In this document: piece after piece, positions 14,617-27,700 of the stretch
Position numbering within the stretch: the stretch's first letter is position 1
How the letters are laid out: each line of letters begins with the position of its first letter
From: Octopus vulgaris
Taxonomy: Eukaryota
Reading direction: 5' to 3'
Length of the DNA: 64,000 nt
NCBI GenBank assembly: GCA_951406725.2
Contig: OX597831.1
Location: forward strand, 37,200,001 to 37,264,000
Notes under the pieces: model-generated
Told to the model about the DNA's origin: nothing
Seen by the model: the letters and a program-made list of their open reading frames with translations, nothing else
The model's database searches: none
Translations under genes and position numbers: made by a program

Positions 14617-15879
14617 TACAGTATGTTCGGGCTTAATTCACCAGTTTGCGTAAAAAAGGAAAGAAAACAATATCATCCAGAATAAAAGTATTTGAAAAAT
14701 TCAAAAGATATCAGTAAGATTATAGCGGATTGATAACAGTTTCCTCAAAATGGCCTCCCGCAGCTTCTAACACGGCCTCAAAACAGATCCGGAACCTGGT
14801 GCTTGCGTTCCCACTGTGTTCCTGGGAAGAACTTCGAATACCTCTTTGATATTGGCCAGCTCGGCCTTTCTGTTGCAGGCAAAGCGATTGATGCCTTTTT
14901 CAACCGCATACCACCTCGTAATCCATAGGTTTACGATCGGGAGTGGAGTTAGGATGCCCAAAATTGGGGTTGATGAAGTGATAGAGATTTTGTAACAACC
15001 ATATCTGACGCTTTCCTGAGGTATGATAAGGAACCGAGTCCGGCTACAAAATATATGGCCTTCCAGAGACTACCCTCTCCGAGCTAGGGTTTGACCACTG
15101 TCTTTGGAGGATTCACATGAACGTCTGAATTGAGCCTAAGACCCTGTTCACAGATGTGGGACGTCATGATGTCATGCTCACTGGAGACATAAAAGCCCAT
15201 CACAATTTGAGGGAAACTGGTTATCATATGTGGGACATCAGATGGATTATAGGCAAACAACATGTTGTTCTCGGTCTTGTGCAAGCTGGTCGGGTAGAAG
15301 TCCTTTTTATTTGAGTACTCCCTGTATACCATGATGCCCCAGCTTGTTCAAGAGCATTTTTTCATTCATTAAGTGATTCGCCTTGGTCTTGCTTCTCGGA
15401 ATTTGTCCTTTGAGCCTCTTCTACGACAGCTTTATGGTGGCGACTTAACACCCATCTATCTCGACAAAGCCTGGATTCCCTTGCTCGGATCTTCTAGCTC
15501 CTTGTCCTGTAGTAATTATTGGATGAACTCCGGCGCGCCGGTGCAGTCAGAATTCATGTTGTGTCATTTCCTTCCGGTTACAGGTTCGTAGTCTCTATTG
15601 AAGCAGTCTATGTCACGTCTTACAGCCATTACAGCTTTCACAGAGCATTGAGCAGCAGTCCTGATATCTGCATTTTGATACCTGACTCAAATCATCATGA
15701 TACAGATAGCTCTTTTCCAATATTCATATGGATCCCATTACTCCATGTCAGCTAACTTTATCTCAACTACAGCTTTAAACTCTATGCTTTCCAATGGCAA
15801 TAACTGTTCACCAACATATCAAGCTGTTCTTGAAAAAAGGAGACATGGAACTCGTGAGATTTAACTCGAACGCCTTGTA
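14617..15879 (-). mobile_element. Full-length decayed Tc1/mariner element, DD37D (maT)-like
   Basis: Imperfect TIRs TACAGTATGTTCGGGCTTAATTCACCAGTT / TACAAGGCGTTCGAGTTAAATCTCACGAGTT. The minus strand reads FPQIVMGFYVSSE..GLRLNS and YIL*PDSVPYHTSGKRQIWL...FINPNFGHPNSTPDRKPMDY (QDSAP.H...WPPNSPDLNPLDY-like; 38 residues between the two D as read). Confidence 0.75.
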
Positions 15880-16489
15880 ATAATCCCAGCGCAGGTTTTA
15901 TTACACCATGTAAACATTTACTTTAAAATGTTTAAATAACCCTGAATGCAAAAGTGTTTGCTATATGCAAACATGGTTATATATTATACGTAATATATAA
16001 TATTGATTCTAAACATAATAAATAAAGAACCTGAGTTGAAAAATAATTCAAAGGATTAATTAATTATTAATTAATTAATTCAAATTAATTCAAATATAAT
16101 GATTTATATTTGAATTAATTATCAATTATAAACACCATTCACGTACCCGCAGACTTGCTGCTTTCTGAATCGCTCCTTGTCCAGTTATTACAGTAACACT
16201 CTTTTACACGGAGGCGGTTAAACTCCTGCTGTTTCCATTCGGACACTGCCCGCCAATTTCTCTGTTTCTCACACTTGTCATCCCACATTGTATCTAACAA
16301 CGCTAGGTCACGCCAGGTTTAATATGTAGGCCCATTGTTTATTTGCTCAAGAAGTCAATCCTTTGGAATTTCCTTCTAGACATTGCCTATCCACTTGTTT
16401 CAGATAAACATTAATTGCTTTTACATTTTCAATCTTGGAAGCCCCGTTAGGATCATGGACACAAGATTATAACAGTAAACTGGTTCATA

Positions 16490-16625
16490 ACAGTTTACTG
16501 AAAGTAACCACCATCAGCTTCCACCACAGACTGAAGACGACTACCGAACTTGGCGCATGCACACTCCACTGTGTTCCCGGGAAGATCTCCGAATACCTCT
16601 TTGGCCACTAGATCAGTTTCCCGCA
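16490..16625 (-). mobile_element. 3' fragment of the same maT-like family
   Basis: KEVFGDLPGNTV/ACAKFGSRLQSVVEADGG; DNA similar to 14735-14850. Confidence 0.6.
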
Positions 16626-16806
16626 AGCATATATCTTCAACCAAAAGCATTGAAATACATCAAAACGGCAATGAAGATTATCTTTAAAAAAGAAGATCAT
16701 TTGGTTTCTCTTTTAGAGTAAATTTCAGTTTAGAAGCAATACAAATATAATTGCGCAAATTGAGATAATGAACACCACTATATGGTTCTCTGTAACGGTA
16801 GCTTAT

Positions 16807-16928
16807 CCTTTCAGGGTCGATAAATTAAGTACCAGTTACGCACTGGGGTCGATGTAATCGACTTAATCCCTTTGTCTGTCCTTGTTTGTCCCCTCTATGT
16901 TTAGCCCCTTGTGGGTAATAAAGAAATA
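16807..16928 (+). mobile_element. SINE family B, 5'-truncated with 10-bp TSD
   Basis: 3' half of the SINE; direct repeat GGTAGCTTAT at 16797-16806 and 16929-16938. Confidence 0.85.
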
Positions 16929-17237
16929 GGTAGCTTATATTTTATACTATCAAATAGTTGTTGTAGTCGTCACAATTATTGTCTACGTTCAGTCAATTTC
17001 CGATTAAGAATATGTATTGTCAAAGGTTTCATTTTGAGAATAGTATTTTATGACATATTTCACATGATTTTAGATTTTAATTAATGTAATATGGAATATA
17101 TAGTTTTTTTGCGCTTATATTTCTGGTGAATAATATCCTATTTACTATATCAGTTGTGCATATATTCCCATCATGAAGGGCATGTCAGCCGGGGAAATCA
17201 TGTCTTTTTTTTTTATTCAGTCTGAATTTACTGGAGT

Positions 17238-17490
17238 GGAGGTGTATGGCTTAGTTGTTAGGGTGTTGAACTCGTGATCGTAAGATTGCAGTTTCGATTC
17301 CTGTAGCAGGGGACGTGTTGTAATTTTGAATAAATCATTTCTTTTCACATTGCTCCAGTTCGCTCGCCCGATAAAAATGAGTAATCCTGCGACGGAACGG
17401 CGTCCTGTCCAGGTGAAAGAATATATACACCATGAAAACCGGGAACCAGGCCCCATGAATCTTTGTGACTGTGGAAGGAAATTTACTTTT
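17238..17490 (+). mobile_element. tRNA-headed SINE family C
   Basis: TGGCTTAGTTGTT (A box), GTTTCGATTCC (B box), TTGCTCCAGT...AAAATGAGTA and CTGCGACGGAACGGCGTCCTGTCCAGG modules, tail TTTACTTT. The head is also present at ~2897-2971. Confidence 0.75.
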
Positions 17491-18318
17491 ATCATATTTT
17501 ACTAGAGACTTTCCATTCTTATTTAAATTATAAAATGCTGTTTGATGAAAATTTTAACAACTATTTCTATCAGAATGAGTGGTCACGTAATGCCTCTCTT
17601 GATGGTGTTCTTATTTAGTATAGGGAGCAAGGATGTCAATGTCACTCTGGAATACTCTGAAAGATTGGGGTTACATATTGATAAACAGGATGGCTGCCCG
17701 ACGTACGCATGCATACATATACGTTGGGTAAGGTTGAAAATGACTGAAATTGTAAGATTTTCATATTTCAATAAAACAGAACAATAGCCGTGCAACGATT
17801 CAGAACTATGAGACAATATTCACTGACTGCAAGCTTCTACACATATAAGAGTGTCTGAGTATGTGTTAGAAAGTGTATTCTAGTTGGCGTATTAAAAATC
17901 AAAATATCTTGTATCGTTTATGATAGTTGAGTAGTTTTCTACTGCTTTTAAAAGTCGATATTTTTTTCTTGAGAACTATTCTTTATTCTATGCAAGTGTC
18001 AAATAACAATGGTACTTTTCAAAGACTATCAAAGAATTGTTCATTTTTGTTTGTCTAGATTCTGATAATTGGAAAGTTGGATTTTGAAAAACTGTAAAAA
18101 CAAAAAACAAAGAAATATTACCATAAGAAAATAATAGTAAATATAGATGCGAGCTAAAATTTATAGACGTGAAAGAGGAGAGAAATAAAAAAATTAACTG
18201 TATGTGTGCACTTGTAAACACACACACACACACATGTATTGCAAAAATATTTCCAGTATTATTTAACTCATTTCTAAAAAAAAAAAAGATTGATGAGCAT
18301 ATTGATTACCAACACTTA

Positions 18319-18360
<42 letters not shown>

Positions 18361-18567
18361 TCTATCATAATGAAATTCTATTTATTCTTTCTTTCAAAAT
18401 AAAGCAGAATGGAGAATATACAGTACTTTATAAATTGCGCGACATTTATTCTTAATCCCGTAAGCAATCACAGCAGACTAATGGCAGTATTCCAAACATT
18501 ACTATCATTAATTTTTAAAAAATATATACGAGACTACTTCTAATGAAAATACTGGGTCACAACTTTG

Positions 18568-18908
18568 TCAGAACGTAAAGACTGACGAAATACCTAATTT
18601 ATCGACCCCGAAAGCATGAAAGGCATAGTCGACCTCGGCGGAATTTGAACTCAGAACGTAACGGCAGACGAAATACCTATTTCTTTACTACTCACAAAGG
18701 GCTAAACACAGAGAAGACAAACAAGGACAGACAAACGGATTAAGTCGATTATAGCAACCCCAGTGCGTAACTGGTACTTAATTTATCGACCACGAAAGGA
18801 TGAAGGGCAAAGTCGACCTCGGCGGAATTTGAACCCAGAACGTAACGGCAGACGAAATGCCGCTGGGCATTTCGCCCGGCGTGCTAACATTTCTGCCAGC
18901 TCGCCGCC
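18568..18908 (-). mobile_element. SINE family B, full copy plus nested partial copies
   Basis: Full copy at ~18675-18908; partial repeats at 18568-18674 joined at GGTATTTCGTC. Confidence 0.85.
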
Positions 18909-19645
18909 TTTTCTCCTTTATAATGTCACGTCCATCATCTTCCATTGTATTCATATTTTTGATTACTACATTCTAGATTCGGTTTTTATCGGTTAGTATT
19001 TTGCAAATGTTTTAGAATATGGATTATATTGCTTTACGAATTGTTCTTTTAATTTTGCATGTATTATGTGAATGCACGCGTTTTATATTTATCGTTGTGA
19101 TTTTTTTCTCTGTTTTTCTATCCATTTTCTCTATTTTCGTTTTGAATTCTTTCTCCTAAAATATATAACTATTCCCGGTATATTTTAGCACTGGAAAATG
19201 TGTCTTAGGAAGTTAACTGGTTTGTTGGGACCCATCGCTACATCCAGACACCAATACAGACTAATTAGGGTCGAGGTTACTTCAGGATGCTGTAGTTTTG
19301 TGACTTGCGCTGAATTTAACTGCAAAACCTCCATAAAGACAGTAACTTTCGTCTCGAATGAATTTATGCTTAATCTTTTTATATCTTCTCACGAACTGAA
19401 AATCCGGTGCTTTATTTAAATTGTCATCTTTTCAAAGGATGAATAGCACTATATTGGTTGCTCGTAAATTTTGGAGCTTATCTTTACGCTTCCTTTGTTT
19501 ATAATTATTATGCGTCAGGTCCGCAGTAAGCATTCTTCAAGTTGACTTTGAATAAATAATGCAGGGTTTATTTCCATATTTTTCACTTAAATATATTAAA
19601 GACCTCATCACATGAATGCTTATATTAGGGTTTGGCAATGAAATC

Positions 19646-20008
19646 ATTCTTTATTCTTTTATTCTTTTATTCTTTTACTTGTTTAAGTCATTTGACTGCG
19701 ACCATGCTGGAACGCCGCCTAGGTGGTTTTAGTTGAAGACATTGACACCGGAACTTACACTTTGTAAGCCCAACCATTATTCTATAGGGCTCTTTGGCCG
19801 AATCTTGCGGAGACAAAAACATACCAACATCGATCGTTAAGGGATAGGGAGGCAAACACCGACAGAAAGACGCACGCGCACACACACAGAAAGATTTGGT
19901 CGGCTCGTGGCTATAGTAGAAGACACTTGCCCAGGGTGCCCCTGTAGGACTGAACCCAGAAGCATGTTGTTGGAAAGCTATCTTCTTACCACACAGCCAC
20001 GCCTACGC
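19646..20008 (-). mobile_element. SINE family A, diverged
   Basis: Head CACACAGCCACGCCTACGC and tail (ATTCTTTT)n-ACTTGTTTAAGTCATTTGACTGCG. Confidence 0.8.
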
Positions 20009-20259
20009 ATACTTTAAAATGGATAATGAGCGTATATGAATTATTTCAGGAGTTTTTGTATATTTCTAAAATAAAATTGAAAACATTGATTTTAACACAT
20101 TCATTCGTTTTTTTCTTTTTATCAATACGATTTTTAATTAGAAATACTTGAAGAAACTTAATGAAAATACTTAATGAAATTAGTAAAAAAAAACCCAAAG
20201 AAAATAGAGACAGAAACGTTAGAGCGACGGAAAAAAAATGCTTATCGTCATTTCTTTTC

Positions 20260-20431
20260 GGCTTCATCCTCCTCCTCATCATCAACATCATCGTTACAAT
20301 TATCCTCATCTTCCTATTCCCCTTCTCCATCATCCTCATCATCATCATCATAATCATCATCATCAGCAGCAGCAGCATCATCATCATCGTCATCATCACC
20401 ACCATCATCATCACCCTCATCATCATCACCC

Positions 20432-20483
<52 letters not shown>
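20260..20483. repeat. (CAT)n-based microsatellite
   Basis: Direct reading. Confidence 0.95.
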
Positions 20484-20811
20484 TACCGATCATAATTTTC
20501 TTGTATTTTATTTGCATTCTAATTTTATTTTTCACATTAGCAATCACTTTGTCCAGTTTGAAGCAATTTGCGTAAGGAACATCGTGGTAGTAAAGCAATT
20601 ACTGCCGTACGAAATCTAATAAATCTCTCGCAGACCCTCCCCCCAATAGCATCAGAATTAAAGGAGAGATTTTCTCTCCCCGTTAGTTTTAAGTTTCGAT
20701 CGATATCTATATTGATATCGACAAATATTGTCCAGAGGCTTGCACACGTTGTTGGAGTCGCTGTTGAGTCACAAAAGGACAGAATGCCGAATGGTATACA
20801 TCCATCCATAC

Positions 20812-20897
<86 letters not shown>

Positions 20898-21024
20898 GCA
20901 TGCATATATATATATGATACATTATAAATAAATGAGTAACCAAGAGAAAGCAATCATCAAACACGTAGAGGAATTAATGTGCTACTACTAATGTTAATAG
21001 TGAAGCTTATGATAATACTAAAAT

Positions 21025-21025
21025 C

Positions 21026-21063
<38 letters not shown>

Positions 21064-21296
21064 GGTAGTGATGGTGGTGGTAGTGGTGGTGGTGGTGGTG
21101 TTGGTAGTAGTGGTGGGTGGTGGTGGAGGTTGTAGTGTTGGTGATGGTGAGGATGATGATGATGATGATGATGAGGAGGAGGAGGAGGAGGAGGAGGAGG
21201 AAGGGAATCAAGATTGGGATAATGATGGTGGTGATGAAAATAAGAATATCAATGTTAATAACGATAATATCAATGCCCAATAATATAATAATAATG

Positions 21297-21361
<65 letters not shown>

Positions 21362-21490
21362 AAGAAGAAAAAGAAGAAGAAGAAGAAGAAGAAGAAGAAG
21401 AAGAAGAAGAAGAAGAAGAAATATTGACAATAATGATAATTATAATAATAATAATAATAATAATAACAACAACAACAACAACAACAAGAT
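21025..21490. repeat. Compound triplet array TAG/TGG/GAT/GAG/AAT/AAG/AAC
   Basis: Direct reading. Confidence 0.95.
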
Positions 21491-21842
21491 CAACAAAAAC
21501 AAAAGTTTTCTGAAAAGGACGGTTGCAAAATACAAAAAAAAAAGAAGAAACAAAAAAATGCACAGAAACAAAGTGAAGTGGGACATCATTTGAAATGTTG
21601 AAACGTTAACACCGATGAACAAAATGGCGCTCTTGCAAAATTAATAATGCTAGCTAATCGCATAGATTTATGTGAGAATCCATTATACGTGACACTTTCT
21701 TATTCATTATTGACTATGCTGCAAACTATGCACGGGCTTTAAATAGAATACGAAAGTTGATTTAATTGTGGTTAAAAAATGGATTTCCAGCAAGTAATTT
21801 TTAGTAGGTTTTTGTTTTTGCTGTTGTTGTTGTTGTTGTTGG

Positions 21843-21900
<58 letters not shown>

Positions 21901-21922
21901 ATTATTATTGTTGTTGTTGTTG

Positions 21923-21995
<73 letters not shown>

Positions 21996-22705
21996 CATCA
22001 TCATTACTGTCATTTATTAATCTTTTTCTGTTAATTTTTGCTGTTACGTCTCCGCAAAAAGCAAAAAAAAACCCAGCTACTGTCTGTTGAAGTGAACGAG
22101 TAAAACAAAATAAAAATAAATACTTGAATAAAAACACTTCGTTACATTTCTATGGAAGCCATTTTCTTCGAGATGAAATTTGTTATTTTCGCCCTGAAAT
22201 ATTTTACTAACAAACGTAACTCTTTTTTTTTTCCAGTTACTCTTTTCCTAACTAAGTTTTGAGATGCAAATAGTTACGTGCCATATTTCTATCACTCATT
22301 GAATAAAGATTGACAATTCCTTTTACTCATTTGCAAACTTACTTCCGATCAGTCGTTTGGCCCCAGCTATGCTGAGGCATGGATTTCGTAGAAGAAATCA
22401 AACTCCGTATTTGTTCCGTTTCAAACTTTAGTATATTATGCTATTGGTCTATTTTACCGAAATATCTTGTAACGGGAGTGTTATAAACTAACACTGCGAT
22501 GCAAGAGGTGGGGAGCCAAACACATATGGAAGCACACATGTACGCACACACACAGACACACATATACAGACACAGACGCTCGCGCGCATTCACACAATAG
22601 GGGCCGACTAGGTGGTCAATAGTGATTACAGGGCTGAGCCTATATGGCTATCCATGTGGTCGATAAACACGAGAAACGACTTTGAACATTAAATGTGCAG
22701 AATTA

Positions 22706-22852
22706 GGCGTAGGAGTGGCTGTGTGGTAAGTAGCTTGCTTACCAACCACATAATTCCAGGTTCAGCCCCACTGCGTGGCACCTTGGGCAAGTGTCTTCTA
22801 CAATAGCCTCGGGCCGATCAAAGCCTTGTGAGTGGATTTGGTAGACAGAAAC
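22706..22852 (+). mobile_element. SINE family A, 5' half
   Basis: GGCGTAGGAGTGGCTGTGTGGTAAG...GGATTTGGTAGACAGAAAC followed by (TG)n. Confidence 0.85.
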
Positions 22853-22861
22853 ATATACATA

Positions 22862-22917
<56 letters not shown>

Positions 22918-25136
22918 TGTCTGTCTGTCTGTTCGAACCAACTTTACTACGACTTTTTAACTCCAAGAAGACATCTCCTCTAGCTGATAAACGATGCACA
23001 GCTCATATTGCGAGCAGGGGAGCAATATCTGGGATGCAGTTGGGCATCGTTAACCAGCTAAAGAGGATCTCTTTGGGTTAAAAATCGCAGTAAAATTAAT
23101 TCGAACGGAGAGCCATGATTGAGTGGCTACCACCATTACTTGAGTATTTTTATGAAATTTCTATAAATATTTCTGACTTTAAAAAGCGTATATGATACAG
23201 AAGAACGATAGTACTACTGTTTATAAATCAAGAGTCGTTAGCATGACGGACAACATTATTAGAAGGATTTCGTCCGTCTTTACGTTTTGACTTCAAATTC
23301 TATGGAGGTCGACTTTGCTCATCATTTTTTCGGGGCCAATGGGAGAAGTACCAGTTGAGGTCGACTTTCCCCTCTCCTAAAAAGCTTCAAGTCTTGTGCC
23401 CATAGAAGAAAGGATCTATATATCTTATTCATACTTTAAAAATTTACATGATGGGGAGGACAAATTATAAATGATTCCATGAAGTGTGTCAATGATTGTA
23501 AGAAATTTGCCGAGTCGTCATATATATATATATATATACAATGGGTATGCCACACAGTTCCTGTCTCTCAAATTCATCCACAAAGTGTTTATCAGCCTGG
23601 AATTATAGCGGATGGAATTTATTTATTCGGGACACTGCACAGTGAGGCTGAACCTGAAACCACGTGCTTGCAGAACGAATTCTAGCTATTATATATATAT
23701 ATATTATCTCCTCGAGAACCATGACGGAATTCACGACTGTCATTTGAAGCTTATAAAACATTGAAAAATAACAAAATTCTTTTGTTTGTTGAGGAGATTT
23801 ATGCTTTCCATAAACATCATCGTAATAATTTTGTTTCTAACACGTACAATTCCATGCTTAATGTTTTCAATATATTAGATATACATTCTTATCCACTGTG
23901 TGTCATTTGTGTTTGAGGCACAAATTCTGTTTTTCTTTTACATAATCTCCTTGGTCTTTATATACAACAAGTATCTTTTAAGTATCAGCAAACACAACTT
24001 TTACATATGTATCTAGATATCGTATAACATCAAGGTTTTATTAGCAAAATCGGCTATTGTCTTTATACATGATCAGAGGCATTAATTGTCTAGCCACTCA
24101 CTCGCTTTACTTGCTTTCCAGTGTTTTAGAAGAGTCAAATCACAAAGGCTAACATTGCGTATGCAATATATCAGCATAGTATCTGTTTATAACCAATATA
24201 TATATATATATTGGGCCTTTGACATTTAAGTAAATGTATTTGTCAGAAAGCAACGCAGAGATGACAACGTAGAGTGCTGCATCGGCTGTTTGCTAGGCAG
24301 GCATGGTATTCACTAAACTAGCTGCAACATTGATATCATAAAAGCATTCGACCTAAACGTCTAACCTTCAAAGATCATTTTCAACCCCTTCATAAACGAA
24401 AATGTTCTGTGAATTATGCCATATTGTAAGTAAAAACAATGTGAGTTAGAAAGAGAAAAGAAGAAAAGAATGAGTCGTTAATCTCCCCCTCTTATTGGAT
24501 TACCATTGTTCTTCATCGGAAGGAACTCATGACACGATAATATCACTCTAAAGCCAATTTTATTACATCTTATTGGATTTCTGAACAAAGAACACGCTTC
24601 TATATTACCTCAAAGAACTGGTGGGTGACTTTAACGATGTGCACATATGCGAAACTACTCTTTCCTTGCTCAGATAACGAGATCTCCAAGATAAATCTAT
24701 CTGTGATTTTATGTATGAGTGTGTATGCGTTGCACGCTTACGGATACTCATACACTGACACATTTCTACGTGTTTATGTACATAGAGAGAGAGAGAGAGA
24801 GAGAGAGACGGGGAGAAAGAATAAGATATGTAAGTATGATATATATTATATGTGTATTATATTTTAAGCACAAATATGTACATGTATACACACACGCCCA
24901 CACGCATATATATATGTAGCATATTTGTATGTATATAAATATGTGTGCATATGTGTGTGTATGGATTGATACACAAGTGTATTCCTATACACATACTCAT
25001 GCGCATATGCATAAATACATAACTATAGGAATAAATATGAATGCATGCATATATATGTATGTATATATATATTTATATATATATTTATATATGTATATAT
25101 ATATATATTTATATATATATATATATGTATATACAT

Positions 25137-25206
<70 letters not shown>

Positions 25207-25987
25207 TATACACACATATACACGTACACATACATACATATATATATATTTCTCTACGCAGTCACACATAAAGATACGCATTGTATCTCTGTGCCTCTGT
25301 ATGTGTGTGTCTCTTTCTTATTCTCTCACACAGGAACTGTCTTTTAAATATACATACACACGCACAGAAAAAAGACGCATATAAAGTTACATACACACTT
25401 ACATCCACCTTCATTGTTTCAGAATAAAATGGCAATAATGGGAAAGCATGTATAATCTACCTTCGTGTTGAAGGAGCAATTCAGCACATTTCCCCAAAGC
25501 TTATAGATGTCGGAAATATATCGAGAATTGCCAAAAGATATAGTAGATGAAACTGCCATATCGTATGTTGAAGACGTTATATTCAATACATTGGAATGTT
25601 TTCTAATCGTATGCCTTTCACAATCCTCGGAACATTAAGAATTAAAATTTCTTGAATGATAGCATTTACCGAACCAGCGTTTACCAGCCAACCACTTCTG
25701 AATTGATTCAAAATAAAGATGTTTGTGTAAGTATGAATACGTTGATATTATGGTCGTCGAACGGATCATTCACGAATAATTCATGAAGTACTATAATCCA
25801 TATTCAAGCCACCTATGTTTTCCACGCAAACGGTCACCTATTGAGAGCAGTTTGACCCAAATATCATTGCAGGCGTTGCTATCAGAATGTATAGAGCCAG
25901 ATTGGATCATTTATGAAATCTGATCCTATAATGTAACTGCTATATTGATCCATTATTCTGAATTAGCGTTATATTTATCGACGCCAG

Positions 25988-26252
25988 ATGGCGCATGTTT
26001 TAATGACTAGGGTTTTCAACTCACAATGCTAAGGTCATGTGTTCTATTCCCAGCGGTGCGTTATGTCCTGCACTCAGCTGTTGCTGAAAAGACAAGTCTT
26101 GCCAAATTCGGGGTCACGTTTAGTGTACGCGTGTCTGTGGAGTGTTCAGTCGCTTGCACGTTAAAAACCATTGCGGGGACTTGTGCCACAGAAGGGAATT
26201 TTCTAGGTGCAATCCCATTGTTATTCAGGACCGAAGAGGGCCTTTACCCTTT
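25988..26252 (+). mobile_element. Diverged tRNA-headed SINE
   Basis: Head GGCGCATG...GTTCTATTCCC, a GTGTCTGTGGAGTGTTCAGTCGCTTGCACGTTAA module (a related module appears reverse-complemented at ~28335-28510), and tail CTTTACCCTTT. Confidence 0.55.
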
Positions 26253-26445
26253 ATGTTATCAGTTTTTTTGGGGGGTGAGCGGGTAGATCGATGACATTGA
26301 CGCTAGTGACAAACTGTTGCCTGTTTTAAAAATATAAGATGAAATCAATGAAAGCGGAATGTTAAGCTCAGAAAGTTAGGAGCCGGAAGGAATATCACTG
26401 TTCATATTTTCCGACGCGTTAATATTTCAGCTAGATTCAACTATA

Positions 26446-26497
<52 letters not shown>

Positions 26498-26499
26498 GT

Positions 26500-26792
26500 A
26501 TTTATTTCCCGGCTATGGAAAATCAAGCAGGTGAAGATAGTGCAAAATATTGTTGGGTTCTTGGGAACAGCATCACAAGACATCAGGAGGAATATTAAGG
26601 AAATTGGAATAGAGTGCCCAGTAGAACTGTTACAAAGGGTTTGCCTCCTTGGTACGGCCAGAATATTCAGGAAAGTATTAGATAGCTGAAAAAAACAAAA
26701 AACAAATAGCATGGTGCTGTAGGCTGCAGGTAGTAAGCCCGCTGTGCATGAAATACTCGAGGAGTTCCAACAAAGCCTGCGATAAAAAAGAA
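26500..26792 (+). mobile_element. 3' end of an RLE (Dong/R4-like) retrotransposon
   Basis: Reads ISRLWKIKQVKIVQNIVGFLGT...ELLQRVCLLGTARIFRKVLDS*, homologous to the C-terminus of the 46906 ORF. Followed by a ~100-bp UTR and (AAT)n; preceded by (TAC)n. Confidence 0.8.
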
Positions 26793-26906
<114 letters not shown>

Positions 26907-26984
26907 AAGAAGAAGAAGAAGAAAAAGAAGAAGAAGTTGAAGAAGAAGAAGAATGATGAGAACAACAACAGCACAACAATAATA

Positions 26985-27178
26985 ATGAAATTGAAATATA
27001 AAAGATGAGGCATCTTAAAGCGAGAACTGTTTCGGTTATTGTGGGTGCTGTAGGTATGATAAGAAAGAGATGTCAGAAACATCTGTATAACGTCCCAGGA
27101 GAACCATGTCTCAGAGAAATCCAAAATATTGTGCTGAGAAGTACTACCCGCATCCTTAGAAAAACCTTATCAATTTAA
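26985..27178 (+). mobile_element. 3' end of another RLE retrotransposon lineage
   Basis: EIEI*KMRHLKARTVSVIVGAVGMIRK...EIQNIVLRSTTRILRKTLSI*, which aligns to EIEVTRMWNLKTETIPIIVGALGMIKK...IQKIALLGTAHILRRTLSI. Confidence 0.75.
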
Positions 27179-27319
27179 ATGTATGTGTTGTATTACATGA
27201 ATATATTTCGCTACTGCCCCTACCACTTCCACTCCCCAAGCTTTCAGTCATGCTGTAACATCTCTCGTCATTCACTCGCTCTTAGACGAAGAATTTCTAA
27301 AATGGATACTAGTTCTGGA

Positions 27320-27700
27320 ATGTTGGGGGAGAAGGTTAGTCGATTTCATCGATCCTGGTGATCAAGTGGTATGTATTTCATCGACTCCGAAAGGATGAAA
27401 GGCAAAATTAACTTCGGTAGAATTCGAACTCATAACGGATAAAAGTCAGAAGAAACACTACTCCGTATTTTGTCCTACGCTCTAGCTCGCAGCTTTCGGT
27501 AGACTAAATATAATTCTTTCTGATTTCGGCACAAGGCCAACAATTGTGAGGAGTGTACATCAGTCGATTACATGGTTCCCAATATTCAACTTGGTCTTAG
27601 TTTATCGTCCTCGAATGGATTAAAGGTAAAATTGACCTCAGTGGTTCTTGAACTCAAAACGTAAAGAACAGTTTTTAAGCTAACGATTCAGTCAGCTCAT
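27320..27700 (-). repeat. Two diverged SINE B-type copies
   Basis: TCGACTCCGAAAGGATGAAAGGCAAAATTAAC and TCGTCCTCGAATGGATTAAAGGTAAAATTGACC cores. Confidence 0.65.

Noticed and set aside
16083-16120. Perfect 17-bp-arm AT-rich hairpin
   Set aside because: Low-complexity TTAA-rich context within probable repeat debris; no functional evidence.
22706-22780. tRNA genes at SINE heads (also 2897, 17238, 42540-42617, 58940-59016)
   Set aside because: A/B boxes are present but continue into SINE bodies, and I see no complete cloverleaf.
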